Positions 10,201-19,629 of a stretch of 64,000 bases of DNA are shown here, piece after piece. The position numbers were made by a program, and so were the translations under genes. Origin of the DNA: Myxococcota bacterium (GTDB taxonomy: Bacteria; Myxococcota_A; SURF-8). Under the pieces are notes generated by a model. The model was not told the origin of the DNA, did not search any database, and saw nothing but the letters and a program-made list of their open reading frames with translations. The stretch lies in contig OZ223209.1 of assembly GCA_965140415.1 (NCBI GenBank), positions 2,656,001 through 2,720,000 on the forward strand. Direction: 5' to 3'. The stretch's first letter is position 1; the number at the start of each line of letters is the position of its first letter.

Positions 10201-10935
10201 TTCGAACGTCCGCTTGATTTCAGCGATGTGCCAGCCGATGCGGCGCTCTATGAATTCCGCAAGCAGCGCGAAGGCTCGGGTTGGACGCCTCACGTCGATA
10301 CCTTGGTGATTCCGACAAACGGCGATATGAACGTTCCCGTGGCGACGGAATATCATCTGGGACGCTCGGCGGGAATGATCGAATTATATAAAACCAGACC
10401 GGAATGGGATGGCTTCAACTGCGAAAATCGCAGCTACTCCGAAAACGACATGCTGATCGAGAGCAAATCCCTGGAAGTGATTGAAAGCCAGTACTATTTC
10501 GATAACTCCTGCTGGAGCGATGCCAGAGCGTTGAATTTCGATGCCGACAACCTCGACGGAAATCTGGATGAATTCGATGCGCCGACCGTGCCGGGCAAAC
10601 CGCTGCGAGCGACCGTCGTCAGCCGTCCCTGGGATGCGTCGGAAAGTCGCTTGGATCGGCAGCCGGAATGGGAAGGCAGCGAGGATGGACTGGCGGGAGT
10701 CTGGCGCGCGGAAGAAGGTATTTCCGCGATGCGCGTTCCTTACCTTCTGATGGAAGGATCGCATGGTTTCGTGGTGCCGGCTCCCTATAAAATCTACGAT
10801 ATCGATCAACACATGATCAATATGGTGGGTCGCTTCTTCCAGAGTCACGGCAAGGAATTGTGGGATCATCCCTGCCTGGCGGATTCCTCCTGCGAATTCT
10901 TCGACGAAGACGATTACGCCGTCCCGCCGGAATGA
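7222..10935 (+). CDS. Large lipoprotein with alpha/beta-hydrolase (lipase-like) domain and Ca-binding DxN/DxDG loops
   Basis: Lipobox ISVG-C. N-terminal PFPNN and DGFG motifs of bacterial virulence-lipase-like Ig domains. HGY, nucleophile elbow GQSLGG, GDMNVP and GSHGF form a candidate Ser-Asp-His triad. Confidence 0.75.
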   Translation: MRVQMKFWVLAVSLIIAVISVGCEGKDVGLAEADHSGNGPTVHFDFDAKPLPEIPFPNNLGMIADPDSPTGRRINVSVFAPTVLEEELRMKINELDGFGILQPITVQFDKPLHLQTIVDHHHDANLDPTNDIIFLLNIDPNSPKYGTAVPLDVGQGNFPVVMASIPGDPYTLERRLCEDELVSYADETGQAYEGPMSVMTTGYFNHCDTEWNNTIADPHIGCSNLLYETHEEDVNGNGILDEGEDIDSDGVLDHPNVLMEGGDQYDDLVTFFEKESNTLIFRPLLPLEEKTTYAVVLTKGLRGVNSVTGEAGDPIQSAFDGINHLKQTDELVPMLDVLGSGFTMEGDSEQRPLSLSIDDIAFTWSYTTQSITEDLVTIRKGLYGVGPFNWLEEQYPAEMKQVDRMTLLTEDLSATPFDERNQYVMPIDNLREILQIAGTMLLAELVGEEHAAESVEYMVESMNSISHMISGRFTTPYFLADQDEIGTEGYAADYDESFKINSRTGEAHVGEDEVTWWCAIPKETERFKQPFPVSVYSHGYSANRFEVVGFASLMARYGLATCGIDSVGHGLVIPANFLEDDLVQHLLDQKKVSPAIKSIATGRARDLNNDGVPDSGGDFWTADTFHTRDIVRQSTIDTMQFIRIMRHFDGEAKWNDGVFENDGEYFTSDSKPTIAGDFDDNGVPDIGGMNQDYYAWGQSLGGFITTLLAATDPAVTAAAPVAAGAGLIDVGIRTIQEGVIQAVFLQFMGPFLYAQRVPGTKQLSFGFIVADNTRWWASNDGVHDYYIRDFARTDPDSKDRARVGDRVVIVNEKSGDEWFCILDENMSCRTGYAADAMDATEKRHLYGMKDEWYFRGTKEIMPQRDGGDYFWQPTDEQLAEMGEEEKRLFDLRSEIHWIDDATKVGDPIRIEIRSPGGRVKEVIEQWAQNIETVSGEPFPGGFYQGFFYRPGDKLVSPGEGLGRQRQTPDFRRMMMISAMILEPADPAAYARHLFERPLDFSDVPADAALYEFRKQREGSGWTPHVDTLVIPTNGDMNVPVATEYHLGRSAGMIELYKTRPEWDGFNCENRSYSENDMLIESKSLEVIESQYYFDNSCWSDARALNFDADNLDGNLDEFDAPTVPGKPLRATVVSRPWDASESRLDRQPEWEGSEDGLAGVWRAEEGISAMRVPYLLMEGSHGFVVPAPYKIYDIDQHMINMVGRFFQSHGKELWDHPCLADSSCEFFDEDDYAVPPE

Positions 10936-10997
10936 GATTGTACTTTCGGTAACTAATCGATTAAAGCTGGAACTCTCAACGTGGCCAGTGCGCTTTT

Positions 10998-11885
10998 TTA
11001 AAAAGAAGCCACTGGCCGTTTTAATGCCAACAGTACGGCGGACAAGGTAATTCCGCAGCCAAGAATTGTAAGCAATCCGACCGTTTCTCCAAGCCACAGC
11101 CAGGCTAATATCGTTGCACCCACTGGTTCCCCGACTACCGCCATGGCAACCGTCGATGGCGGCAGATGGCGTAAACTCCAGGTTAGCAGTGTGTGTCCGA
11201 CCAATTGAGGGAACAGGGCGGCAAGAAAGAGGTACAGCCAGGCGCTGTCGGTGGCGGGAGTGAGCGGAATACCGAAAAACCAGGCTGTTAACAGCAGGAG
11301 AAAACCGCCTGTGGTTGTGGCAATAGCGGAAAAGCTCCATAGTTGCATTGCGTTGCCCAGCCTGCGCCCGATCAGCATATAGGCGGCCATGGCCATTGCC
11401 CCCAGCAGCGCGAGCGTGTCTCCCGTTAATGAACCGAAGGAAACGATCAAATCGCTGCCACCGATCAAGACCACGCCGATTGTTGCCAGGGCTACCGCGA
11501 ACCAAAGCGGTCGGCTGGGACGATCGCGACCACTGAGCCAGCCGATCAGAGCCAGCAATAATGGCGTGGTGGTGACTAATGTGACAGAGGCGGCGATACT
11601 GGTGAGTGTCAGGGAACTGACCCAGGCTCCGAAATGGATGGCATAGCAGAAGCCGGCTAATAAGCCATATAAAAACAAGCGTTTAGAGATCCGCTTGCGC
11701 AGCAGTTGATGAAGCAGGATGGGCGAAAGCAGCAAACCGGCCATAATTAGGCGAATGCCGGCAGCTGTTAACGGATGCGTAGGTGAGGCCAGCCGAAAAA
11801 AGATGGCGGCGAAGGAGATGGAAAGCACGGCGAAGAAAAGCGCAGAAGCGAGCAGCACCGGAGATGTCGAGATTTTATCGCGCAT
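10998..11885 (-). CDS. EamA/DMT family transporter
   Basis: About ten TM helices in two repeats. GDTLALLGA and EPVGATILAW motifs. Confidence 0.9.
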   Translation of the reverse strand: MRDKISTSPVLLASALFFAVLSISFAAIFFRLASPTHPLTAAGIRLIMAGLLLSPILLHQLLRKRISKRLFLYGLLAGFCYAIHFGAWVSSLTLTSIAASVTLVTTTPLLLALIGWLSGRDRPSRPLWFAVALATIGVVLIGGSDLIVSFGSLTGDTLALLGAMAMAAYMLIGRRLGNAMQLWSFSAIATTTGGFLLLLTAWFFGIPLTPATDSAWLYLFLAALFPQLVGHTLLTWSLRHLPPSTVAMAVVGEPVGATILAWLWLGETVGLLTILGCGITLSAVLLALKRPVASF

Positions 11886-11988
11886 AAGGATCGCCGTATT
11901 TCCGAAATAAAATGAAGGTTTTTATTCAGGCGGAGAGTCTAGCATGTCCTGTTTTTTAAAAATACAGTGAAAACACTAAAAAAAACGC

Positions 11989-12018
11989 TTGCATGGTTCT
12001 GGAAATTTGTGTTATAGC
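11989..12018 (+). promoter_or_regulatory. Candidate sigma70 promoter for the HTH-PilZ gene
   Basis: TTGCAT-N18-TATAGC preceded by an A-tract (UP-like) in an AT-rich divergent gap. Confidence 0.35.
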
Positions 12019-12083
12019 AATATTAGTGATATTGGAGATTATAGAAGAATGCGCGTGCAACCCTCTCAGTTAGGCGGTAAAAT

Positions 12084-12641
12084 ATGACGAAGTCGAAGCT
12101 CAAGGACAAGAAGATTTTCACGACGGGTGCTGTAGCCAAATTGTTTGGGATCAACATCAATACCGTAATCAAGTGGTTTGATGAAGGTAAAATCAATGGT
12201 TTCCGACTTCCGATCAGCAACGATCGACGAATTCCCATCAGCAGCCTGAGAGAATTCATGGCGAAAAACAACATCCCGATGGATTTGTTGGAAGAAGATG
12301 GGCCGATGCGGCGACAGTTCACGCGCTTCGATTATGATCTGCCTATCGAATTCACGGTATCCAACGGCAAAGCCTATGGTCCCTATCCCGGTCGATTGCA
12401 GAATATCTCGGAAGGCGGGGCTTGTATTTCGACAGTGGGGCTGGAAGGCCTGACGATTCCTACGCATACTCTTCAGCTTGATTTCATGGTGGATAGCGGT
12501 CCTTTAAGCGAAGTTCCCATGCGCGGAGAAATTATTCGCATGCAGCCTGGGAATGACGAGCTGGCTATCGGCATGAAGTTTTTTGCTGACGATCCGAATT
12601 TCCAGCAGAAGATTCATAGCTTTATCGAAACGAATTTCTAA
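12084..12641 (+). CDS. Excisionase/MerR-like HTH + PilZ domain protein (candidate c-di-GMP-responsive DNA-binding protein)
   Basis: N-terminal FTTGAVAKLFGI...TVIKWFDEGKI...RRI (HTH_17-like). C-terminal RRQFTR (RxxxR) and NISEGG ([D/N]xSxxG) PilZ motifs. Confidence 0.85.
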   Translation: MTKSKLKDKKIFTTGAVAKLFGININTVIKWFDEGKINGFRLPISNDRRIPISSLREFMAKNNIPMDLLEEDGPMRRQFTRFDYDLPIEFTVSNGKAYGPYPGRLQNISEGGACISTVGLEGLTIPTHTLQLDFMVDSGPLSEVPMRGEIIRMQPGNDELAIGMKFFADDPNFQQKIHSFIETNF

Positions 12642-12769
12642 GCTGCTTTCCTTGCGCGTCCCAAATAGGTTATCTGCCGAAAAAAAAGAAAACCATTTAT
12701 ACTAATTCCTACCGTAAGTTTGAATAAATCTGCGTAATGCAGGTCCAACAGGTATGATGTACGTAGAGT

Positions 12770-12799
12770 ATATCAATGTAATATATTGATATTACATTG
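12770..12799. promoter_or_regulatory. Perfect 11-bp inverted repeat (operator-like) with an overlapping 8-bp dyad
   Basis: CAATGTAATAT-N4-ATATTACATTG (12774-12799) and ATATCAAT-N7-ATTGATAT (12770-12792) in a 455-bp AT-rich intergenic region. Confidence 0.55.
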
Positions 12800-13096
12800 G
12801 AAAAACTAGTGGTTATGCTTGTTAATTTTGTTTTCTTAAGGTAAGTTATATCATATGTAAAAGGGAATAGATGCTTGTATGGGTCTCTCCTATAACTGTT
12901 GATCGATAGCTGAGGCGGGTTTGTCGTGTGGTCGAATTCGTCTAGATTGTAACAGCTAGATTCAAGATTTGGGGTTTGGAAAATTACTTCTGAAAAAGTA
13001 ACAAAAAAAAGATCAAAAAGAGCTTGACAAGATAATAGAAGTAATGCAAGCTGGGATTCGGGTAGAGGAAATAGAAATAAAAGAAGGAGATGGAAG

Positions 13097-15385
13097 ATGA
13101 GGATTTGGCATAGTTTCCTACTCATCATTGTATTAGCACTTATTTCGTTGCCTGCATTTGCAAATGTGCAGAAGGAACAGGGATCGATTTGTTTTTCGGA
13201 TGATGACGGCGACGGCAAATCCGAGCATATGCAGTTCCCGATTCCCGGGCACAGCCTGTTCAGCATCTATCCCGATGACCCGCTAGGCGATTTCATTGGC
13301 GACGATGCAACCTGCGGAATGCCGAAAAGCTATACGGAATTTCCGGATCTCTTCCTGACCGGCGAATTGGGTTATACGCCAGGTGGAACTTGCATGGACG
13401 GAGAAATGCCGTTGGTGGAAGATACCTATTCCGGCGGTTACAAGCTGTTCCTGCTGGATTCGGCAACCTGTACCTACATCGAAGCTATGAGCATGGATAT
13501 CGTGATCAAGAATGCGCCGTTGCAGATGTACTGCCCCGATGCCAAATTCGCCTTCGAGTTCAACAAGGCTCAGATCAATAACTTCATCAGTTCACCGATT
13601 CTGGACTACTTCGCTGCACAGCCGGATTGTCCGCTGTCCTGGGGCGTCGTCGATATCAGCAGTGCCAGCATCGATGACGTGGGCGCGCTGGTTAAAACCG
13701 GTCAGAGCTTCTGCGCGGATGCTCAGTTTACTTATCTGCCAGGTGTGGCCTGCTCCGGTTGCGATGATTGCGGTGTGGAATCCAACGGTCGCATGATGAC
13801 CCAGATGGCTCGCCATCATTACATGACTGGCCGTGCTGCGGTTTGCTCCGATCCTTCAGGCGAGGGTGTGAGCTGCACGCCTCCGATGCGTTTACCCGAG
13901 CGCGAAGTCGGAACGTTCAAAAGCGCTGCTGCCGGTGTGGAAGCCTTTATGCCCGATTTTGGAAAGCTGGGTTTGCAGGCGCTTCCCTCTACTCCCGAAG
14001 ACCTGGTTGAATTCACCAATGCGACCGATCTGCTGGCGATGGACCATTTCAAGGATGGTTTGATCAACGGTTCTTTCCTGATTCTGGAAACTCAGAATCG
14101 CGTATACGAACATACCAAGACCGTGTGCGATCGCGCCTCCGGCGACGTTCTGGAACATGTGATCGATCATCGCGAGCGCGGCATGGTCTTCCCGATTGCC
14201 GTCTTGACTGATCTGAAGAAAGACAAACGCAGCTATGCCGTGAGCTTTGTGATTGCCGATGATGGCGCGGTCTACTCGCGTTGGCGGATCAGCGATTACC
14301 CGGCGCTGGAAGGTCGCAAGATCTACAACGTGCAGCTCTGGTCCTGCTCGTTGCAGGAAACCATTCGCCTGCTCAACGCCGAACTGGATCGCATTGAAGA
14401 AGTGATGGGAACGGTGGCCTTCGAGCCGGAACAGGTTCTGCATCGTGTGCCCAGCGCTTACTTCCTGGCTGCGGACAAGCTGGGTGCGACGACCGCTTTC
14501 CATCTGGGTGGACAGACCGGCGGACTGCACCTGGAAGGCAAGTACTATCCGGAAGACGATCCGCAAAACGCCAAGACCTTCAAGCGTGATCTGGCCGAGG
14601 GTGGCCGTCAGTTGGTCGATCTGCCGCTGGCGCTGGATGCGCAGGTGAAGTTGGTGAACGATCAGGGCGTAGTGCTGGATGAAGTTTACCTGACCGACGG
14701 TGCCTTTACGAGTTTCGATGACACGGCGTTTGAAGAAGGTTCTTCTTCAATGCAGACCAGCGTGAACGAAAATTGTCGACGCGATGACGGTGAAGAGGGT
14801 GATCTGGCGCTGACCGGTTGCGCTCAGACTTCCGGCATGGTGGACTCTTACGCGGTGATCACCCGTACGCTGGCCGGTGGCGCTTCTCCTTACGATGTCG
14901 GCGAATTCGATGCGATCAGCTTCGATTACCAGTCCAACGTATCCTTGGTGCTGTGCATGGAGTCCCGTTCGCGCTACGGCCTGCCGCAGTCCTGCGTGAC
15001 GCTGCCTGCTACCAAGGGCATGATTTCCAAGCAGGTGCGTATGAGCGATTTCTCGATCTACCGCTCGCCGCTGGAAGCTCCGGTACTGAACGACATCGTT
15101 GCGATTTCCTGGAACGCCTGGAATCCGGATCGTGAAGCGGGCAACTATCAGGCTGACTTCGCGGTGGAAAATGTATACCTGCGCGCCAAGTCCGTCGATA
15201 GCGATGCCGCCGACTTCGAAGGTGGTGACAGTGGCGAACTGAGTGCGGATCGACCCGCTTACAGCGCACAGGCGTCGGATGTCGCCGAGAATGGCTGCCA
15301 GGGAACGCCGCAGACGAGTGCTGTCCTGATGCTGATGCTGCTGCTTGGATCGGCGCTCGTGATTCGCAGGAGAGTGATGGCTTAG
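13097..15385 (+). CDS. Secreted Cys-rich protein with CBM11/CIA30-like C-terminal domain and MYXO-CTERM-like sorting tail
   Basis: Sec signal ending AFA. Many Cys pairs. FDAISFDY...AVENVYL resembles a beta-sandwich carbohydrate-binding module. Acidic linker, then GC + TM helix + RRR. AGGAG RBS. Confidence 0.7.
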   Translation: MRIWHSFLLIIVLALISLPAFANVQKEQGSICFSDDDGDGKSEHMQFPIPGHSLFSIYPDDPLGDFIGDDATCGMPKSYTEFPDLFLTGELGYTPGGTCMDGEMPLVEDTYSGGYKLFLLDSATCTYIEAMSMDIVIKNAPLQMYCPDAKFAFEFNKAQINNFISSPILDYFAAQPDCPLSWGVVDISSASIDDVGALVKTGQSFCADAQFTYLPGVACSGCDDCGVESNGRMMTQMARHHYMTGRAAVCSDPSGEGVSCTPPMRLPEREVGTFKSAAAGVEAFMPDFGKLGLQALPSTPEDLVEFTNATDLLAMDHFKDGLINGSFLILETQNRVYEHTKTVCDRASGDVLEHVIDHRERGMVFPIAVLTDLKKDKRSYAVSFVIADDGAVYSRWRISDYPALEGRKIYNVQLWSCSLQETIRLLNAELDRIEEVMGTVAFEPEQVLHRVPSAYFLAADKLGATTAFHLGGQTGGLHLEGKYYPEDDPQNAKTFKRDLAEGGRQLVDLPLALDAQVKLVNDQGVVLDEVYLTDGAFTSFDDTAFEEGSSSMQTSVNENCRRDDGEEGDLALTGCAQTSGMVDSYAVITRTLAGGASPYDVGEFDAISFDYQSNVSLVLCMESRSRYGLPQSCVTLPATKGMISKQVRMSDFSIYRSPLEAPVLNDIVAISWNAWNPDREAGNYQADFAVENVYLRAKSVDSDAADFEGGDSGELSADRPAYSAQASDVAENGCQGTPQTSAVLMLMLLLGSALVIRRRVMA

Positions 15386-15420
15386 TTCCCGGTTCGCTCT
15401 CTTAGTTTGATCGATTGTTT

Positions 15421-15468
15421 CCCAAAGCCATTCGCGTGCAAAAACACACGAGTGGCTTTGGGTGTTAT
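15421..15468 (+). terminator. Long stem-loop, probable terminator after the secreted-protein gene
   Basis: CCCAAAGCCATTCGCGTG-CAAAAA-CACACGAGTGGCTTTGGG, an 18-bp stem with one mismatch and one G-U pair, followed by TGTTAT. Confidence 0.6.
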
Positions 15469-15580
15469 AGCTGACAAGCTTTTGTAAAGCTGTGATATGG
15501 GGGGAAGCCCGATGGCAAGCCTGATAACTCGTTCTATATGAGTGAAGGCTTGGGGATAGGAGTTTCGAACTCTGGGCAGT

Positions 15581-18500
15581 GTGGAGACGGTGATGAATCA
15601 GCGTGTATTCATGGTGACGCCCCAGGACGGGCGAGCCGAGACCTATGCCTGGCTGCTGGGTGAGAAAACGGAAACAGGTTGGAACAATCATTCCTCTTTG
15701 GACATACGCACGTTTCCTTCCGATGCGGAGTTGATAAGTGAATTTCAGCAGGAAGTCACGCATCGTGGCAGCAGTCCGCTTTGCCTGATCGACAGCAACT
15801 GGGAGGATTCCAGAACGGTTGTTTCCAAATTGCGTGCGATCAATCCCGCTTCTGCCATCTTGATGATTTTCGATGGAAGGGAAGATGAATCTCCCTTGGA
15901 GATGGACGATCCCTTTATTCATTACCTCGAACGCTCAAGGGCGTCCGAAAAGCTGTACCCGATGGTGAAAACGATTATGAGTCAGTCCTCCATACCATCC
16001 GCCAAATCAACCGACACCTCAGACACCAATGCGCAAAAGGCGACGATACCCTACCGTGCGATTCTCGATGCGGTAGATTACGGTATCTGTTTATTGAAAC
16101 CGGATGCAACGCTGGTTTATGCCAACCGCGCCGCAGCCGAGCAGTTGGGATATGCAGAAAATCAACTGGTTGGCAAAGAGATTTCGGAACTGATTGCCGA
16201 TTCGGAAAATCCGCAGGACACGCGCCTGTATCAACAACTATTGGATATGTGCAGGCAGGGAAGCTCTTTCAGCGCGGATGTGTTGTTTTTACGTAGACGC
16301 AATCGAACCTTGTTTCCGGTGCGGGTGAGTCTATCCGAAGCGGATGAGCAGTTGGGCAACGATGTGCGGGTGTTTTCTTTCCAGGATGTCACCGACAGCC
16401 AGCGTTTGCAGGAGATCGTTCGCACATCGAGAGAGAAACTGTTCACGATTCTGGATTCGCTGGATGCTTCGGTGTATGTGGCGGATATGGAAAGCCATGA
16501 GATCCTGTTCGCCAATAAAAAGCTTTGGGATGCGCGAGGTAATATCATCGGCAAAAAATGCTATGAGGCCATCAAAATGCATCACGATGGTCCCTGCGAG
16601 GATTGTAACAATTTCCTGCTGGTCGATCTGAACGGCAAACCGACCGGCGTTCACGAATGGGAACAGAAAAACCCGCAAAACGACAAGTGGTACGCGATCC
16701 GAGATCAGGCGATTCAATGGTATGACGGACGCAACGTTCGCCTGGAAATCGCGGTGGATATCACCCAGATGAAAATGGCGGAGCATCAACTCGCCTCGGC
16801 GAAAATTCTGGCCGAGAAGGAACGTGACAAGCTGCGCTCCATGATCGAGGGGATGGAAGAGGGTATCATTGTTGCCAACGAATTCGATATCATTACCGAA
16901 ATCAATAGCTGGTTATTGAATACCTGGAGCAAGGCGCGGGAAGATGTTGTTGGGATGCGCCTGTGGGATCTGGACTACGAACATGTCACCGCCAGATTGG
17001 CACCGGTGCTCAACCAGTACAAAACCGGTGTGATGAAAAAGGCCATCGCCATCGATACGGAAATGTTCGGGTTGAACATTTCGCTGCGTGTGCAGCCGAT
17101 GTTTAGAAAAGGGCGTTATGTCGGGATCATTCTGAACTTCCTGAATGTCACCGATCTGGTCGCCGCTCGTCACAACGCGGAAAAGGCCAACCTGGCGAAA
17201 AGCGAATTTCTTGCCAACATCAGCCACGAAATCCGGACGCCCATCAATGGCGTGTTGGGTATGACCTCGCTGATGCTCAATACCGAATTAAGCAAGGAAC
17301 AAACCGATTACAGCAACACGATTTACAGTTGCGCCGATAACCTGCTTGAACTGGTCAACGGAATTCTCGATTTCTCGAAAATCGAAGCCGGTGAACTGGA
17401 ACTGGATGAAATCGAGTTCGAACTGGAAGATACGATCAGTGATGCCATCAACCTGATGAATGCCAAGGCCGAGGAAAAAGGGCTGGAACTGATTCTGGAT
17501 ATCAAGCAGGACGTTCCGAATTCCTTGATCGGCGATCCGTTCCGGCTGCGTCAGGTTATGCTGAACCTGGTTAACAATGCAATCAAGTTCACCGAAGAAG
17601 GGGAAATCACGGCAGGTGTGAAGCTGCGTGCACGCCACGGCGGACTTCTGGAATTGCTGTTTTACGTCAAGGACAGTGGTATCGGTATCCCGCCGGAAAA
17701 ACAGGTCGAGGTGTTCAGCGCGTTCTATCAGGCGGATTCCTCGATATCCAGACAATATGGCGGTACCGGCTTGGGCTTGACTATTTCCGCCCGTATCGTG
17801 GAGATGATGGCGGGACATATCTGGGTGGAAAGCGAAGTGGGGCAGGGGAGTACCTTTTACTTTACCGCCCGGATGCGCGAGCAGGAAAACCCGAAGGTAA
17901 CCGCCACCCCGGCGTCATTCGGTATCGATAAAGGCATGCGCACCCTGATCGTGGATGACAATGAAACCAATCGCAAAATCCTGGATGAAATGTTGCAGCA
18001 ATGGGGAATGAGCACCATCTCCTTCAGCAACGCTGCGGATGCGCTGGCCGAACTGAACTGGGCGGAGGCCGAGGACAAACCCTACGAGCTGGTGATTATC
18101 GACGCTCAGATGCCGCGCATGGACGGATTTTCGCTGGCGGAGCGCATCAAGAACAATCCCGCTCTGACCAAGAGCACCGTGATGATGCTGTCTTCCGGCG
18201 ACACCATGGGAGGCAGTGCGCGCTGCAAGAAAATCGGCATTTCCTCCTATCTGATCAAGCCGGTGAAGCACGACGATCTGCTAAAAGCGATCACGGTGGC
18301 TTTGGGACAGAGTATGAGTCCGACCATCGTTCGCGAAAGTGACATCCCGGTTGCCGAGAATTCCAAGGCGCGTAAACTGTCGATCCTCTTTGCAGAGGAC
18401 AATTTAATCAATCAGAAGATTGTGACGACGGCATTGGATCGACGGGGACATGATATCGTGCTCGCACAAAACGGCTTGGAAGTGCTGCAATTATTGGAGG

Positions 18501-19129
18501 AGCGGAGCTACGATATCATTTTGATGGACGTGCAGATGCCGAAAATGGATGGCTTTGCCGCGACGAAGGAAATTCGCAAAAAAGAGGAAGAGAGCGGAAC
18601 TCATACTCCGATCATTGCTTTGACCGCTCATGCGTTGAAGGGCGATCGGGAACGTTGCCTGGCTGCCGGCATGGACAGTTACCTTTCCAAACCCATCGAC
18701 CCGGATGACCTGATCCGTTCTGTGGAAGCATTTTCCATTGAGGAAATCGAGATACCGCAGACGGAGCATGTCAACAAGGTGTTCAATTCCGAAAGCCTGA
18801 TGAAGCGCGTCGAGGGCGATCATGCCGTTGCCGTTGAATTGACCAAGCTGTTTTTGGATGACAGCCGCAAGCACATTCGCAATCTCGACAGCGCGATTGA
18901 AAAGGCGGATTTGAACCGGATTCAGGAATTGGCGCATCTGATGAAAGGAAGTTCCGCAAGCCTGGGAGCCGAAAGGCTCAGCGAGACTGCCTTGGCGATC
19001 TGGCGCGCTTCCATTGCCGGGAAAGTGGAGAATTGCAAAGCCTTGCTGGCGGTGTTACGCGAGCAATTCCGACTGTTGGAGATCGCCATCCTTGACTTTA
19101 ACACCGAAGTCGAAGATAACAGTAATTGA
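15581..19129 (+). CDS. Cytoplasmic hybrid sensor histidine kinase (pseudo-REC, 3 PAS, HisKA, HATPase, 2 REC, Hpt)
   Basis: SHEIRTP H-box, NAIKFT, DSGIGI, GGTGLGL, two receivers (IIDAQMP, LMDVQMP), Hpt AHLMKGSS. No TM helices. The start may be ATG 15593. Confidence 0.95.
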   Translation: METVMNQRVFMVTPQDGRAETYAWLLGEKTETGWNNHSSLDIRTFPSDAELISEFQQEVTHRGSSPLCLIDSNWEDSRTVVSKLRAINPASAILMIFDGREDESPLEMDDPFIHYLERSRASEKLYPMVKTIMSQSSIPSAKSTDTSDTNAQKATIPYRAILDAVDYGICLLKPDATLVYANRAAAEQLGYAENQLVGKEISELIADSENPQDTRLYQQLLDMCRQGSSFSADVLFLRRRNRTLFPVRVSLSEADEQLGNDVRVFSFQDVTDSQRLQEIVRTSREKLFTILDSLDASVYVADMESHEILFANKKLWDARGNIIGKKCYEAIKMHHDGPCEDCNNFLLVDLNGKPTGVHEWEQKNPQNDKWYAIRDQAIQWYDGRNVRLEIAVDITQMKMAEHQLASAKILAEKERDKLRSMIEGMEEGIIVANEFDIITEINSWLLNTWSKAREDVVGMRLWDLDYEHVTARLAPVLNQYKTGVMKKAIAIDTEMFGLNISLRVQPMFRKGRYVGIILNFLNVTDLVAARHNAEKANLAKSEFLANISHEIRTPINGVLGMTSLMLNTELSKEQTDYSNTIYSCADNLLELVNGILDFSKIEAGELELDEIEFELEDTISDAINLMNAKAEEKGLELILDIKQDVPNSLIGDPFRLRQVMLNLVNNAIKFTEEGEITAGVKLRARHGGLLELLFYVKDSGIGIPPEKQVEVFSAFYQADSSISRQYGGTGLGLTISARIVEMMAGHIWVESEVGQGSTFYFTARMREQENPKVTATPASFGIDKGMRTLIVDDNETNRKILDEMLQQWGMSTISFSNAADALAELNWAEAEDKPYELVIIDAQMPRMDGFSLAERIKNNPALTKSTVMMLSSGDTMGGSARCKKIGISSYLIKPVKHDDLLKAITVALGQSMSPTIVRESDIPVAENSKARKLSILFAEDNLINQKIVTTALDRRGHDIVLAQNGLEVLQLLEERSYDIILMDVQMPKMDGFAATKEIRKKEEESGTHTPIIALTAHALKGDRERCLAAGMDSYLSKPIDPDDLIRSVEAFSIEEIEIPQTEHVNKVFNSESLMKRVEGDHAVAVELTKLFLDDSRKHIRNLDSAIEKADLNRIQELAHLMKGSSASLGAERLSETALAIWRASIAGKVENCKALLAVLREQFRLLEIAILDFNTEVEDNSN

Positions 19130-19278
19130 TATGGAGACGTGAAGAAGGATTGTACTCCTTCTTTACAAATCGAGAGGGGCGTGTGGTATATATCATCCGA
19201 TCTGTGGAAAGGTGATGTTGCTCTTTCGGTCATACTCGTTTTTTGTGCTGTTTTGTCTTTGATTTGGGATAAGCGATC

Positions 19279-19629
19279 ATGAATTTACAAATGGATACCC
19301 AAAAAGGAATTACGATTATCCGAGTGCAGGATAGTCGTGTGGATGCCGCTCTCGCGCCTGCATTGAAGAAATACCTTCAGGGTGTAATCGATGATGGTAA
19401 TCGGGTGCTGGGAATGGATATGAGCGGCGTGCGTTTTATCGACAGTTCGGGGTTGGGAGTGTTGGTCACGACGATGAAGCGCATCGGCAATAACGGCAAG
19501 ATTGGTTTGTGGGGGCTGAGCAAGGAAGTAAAAGCCCTATTCGAATTAACCCAGTTGTACAAAGTCTTCGATATATTTGAAGTTGAAAACGACGCATTGC
19601 ACGAGTTGGAACGACATGTCCTGTCTTAA
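19279..19629 (+). CDS. STAS domain anti-sigma-factor antagonist (RsbV/SpoIIAA/SypA-like)
   Basis: DMSGVRFIDSSGLGVL with the phospho-acceptor Ser; FELTQLYKVF. Confidence 0.92.
   Translation: MNLQMDTQKGITIIRVQDSRVDAALAPALKKYLQGVIDDGNRVLGMDMSGVRFIDSSGLGVLVTTMKRIGNNGKIGLWGLSKEVKALFELTQLYKVFDIFEVENDALHELERHVLS

Noticed and set aside
8455-10356. 633-aa minus-strand ORF
   Set aside because: Lies entirely antisense to the lipase lipoprotein, has no recognisable motifs, and is the expected shadow of biased codon usage.
10384-11505. 373-aa minus-strand ORF
   Set aside because: Overlaps the EamA gene out of frame and the lipoprotein antisense; Arg/Ser-rich non-protein-like composition.
12709-13266. 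185-aa minus-strand ORF across the AT-rich intergenic region
   Set aside because: Overlaps the start of the secreted-protein gene, shows no motifs, and the region is better explained as regulatory.
14747-15922. 391-aa minus-strand ORF
   Set aside because: Antisense to two well-supported genes and spans a terminator-like hairpin.
19142-19165. Small hairpin AAGAAGGA-N6-TCCTTCTT after the kinase gene
   Set aside because: Weak AT-rich stem with a short U-tract; not enough to call a terminator.
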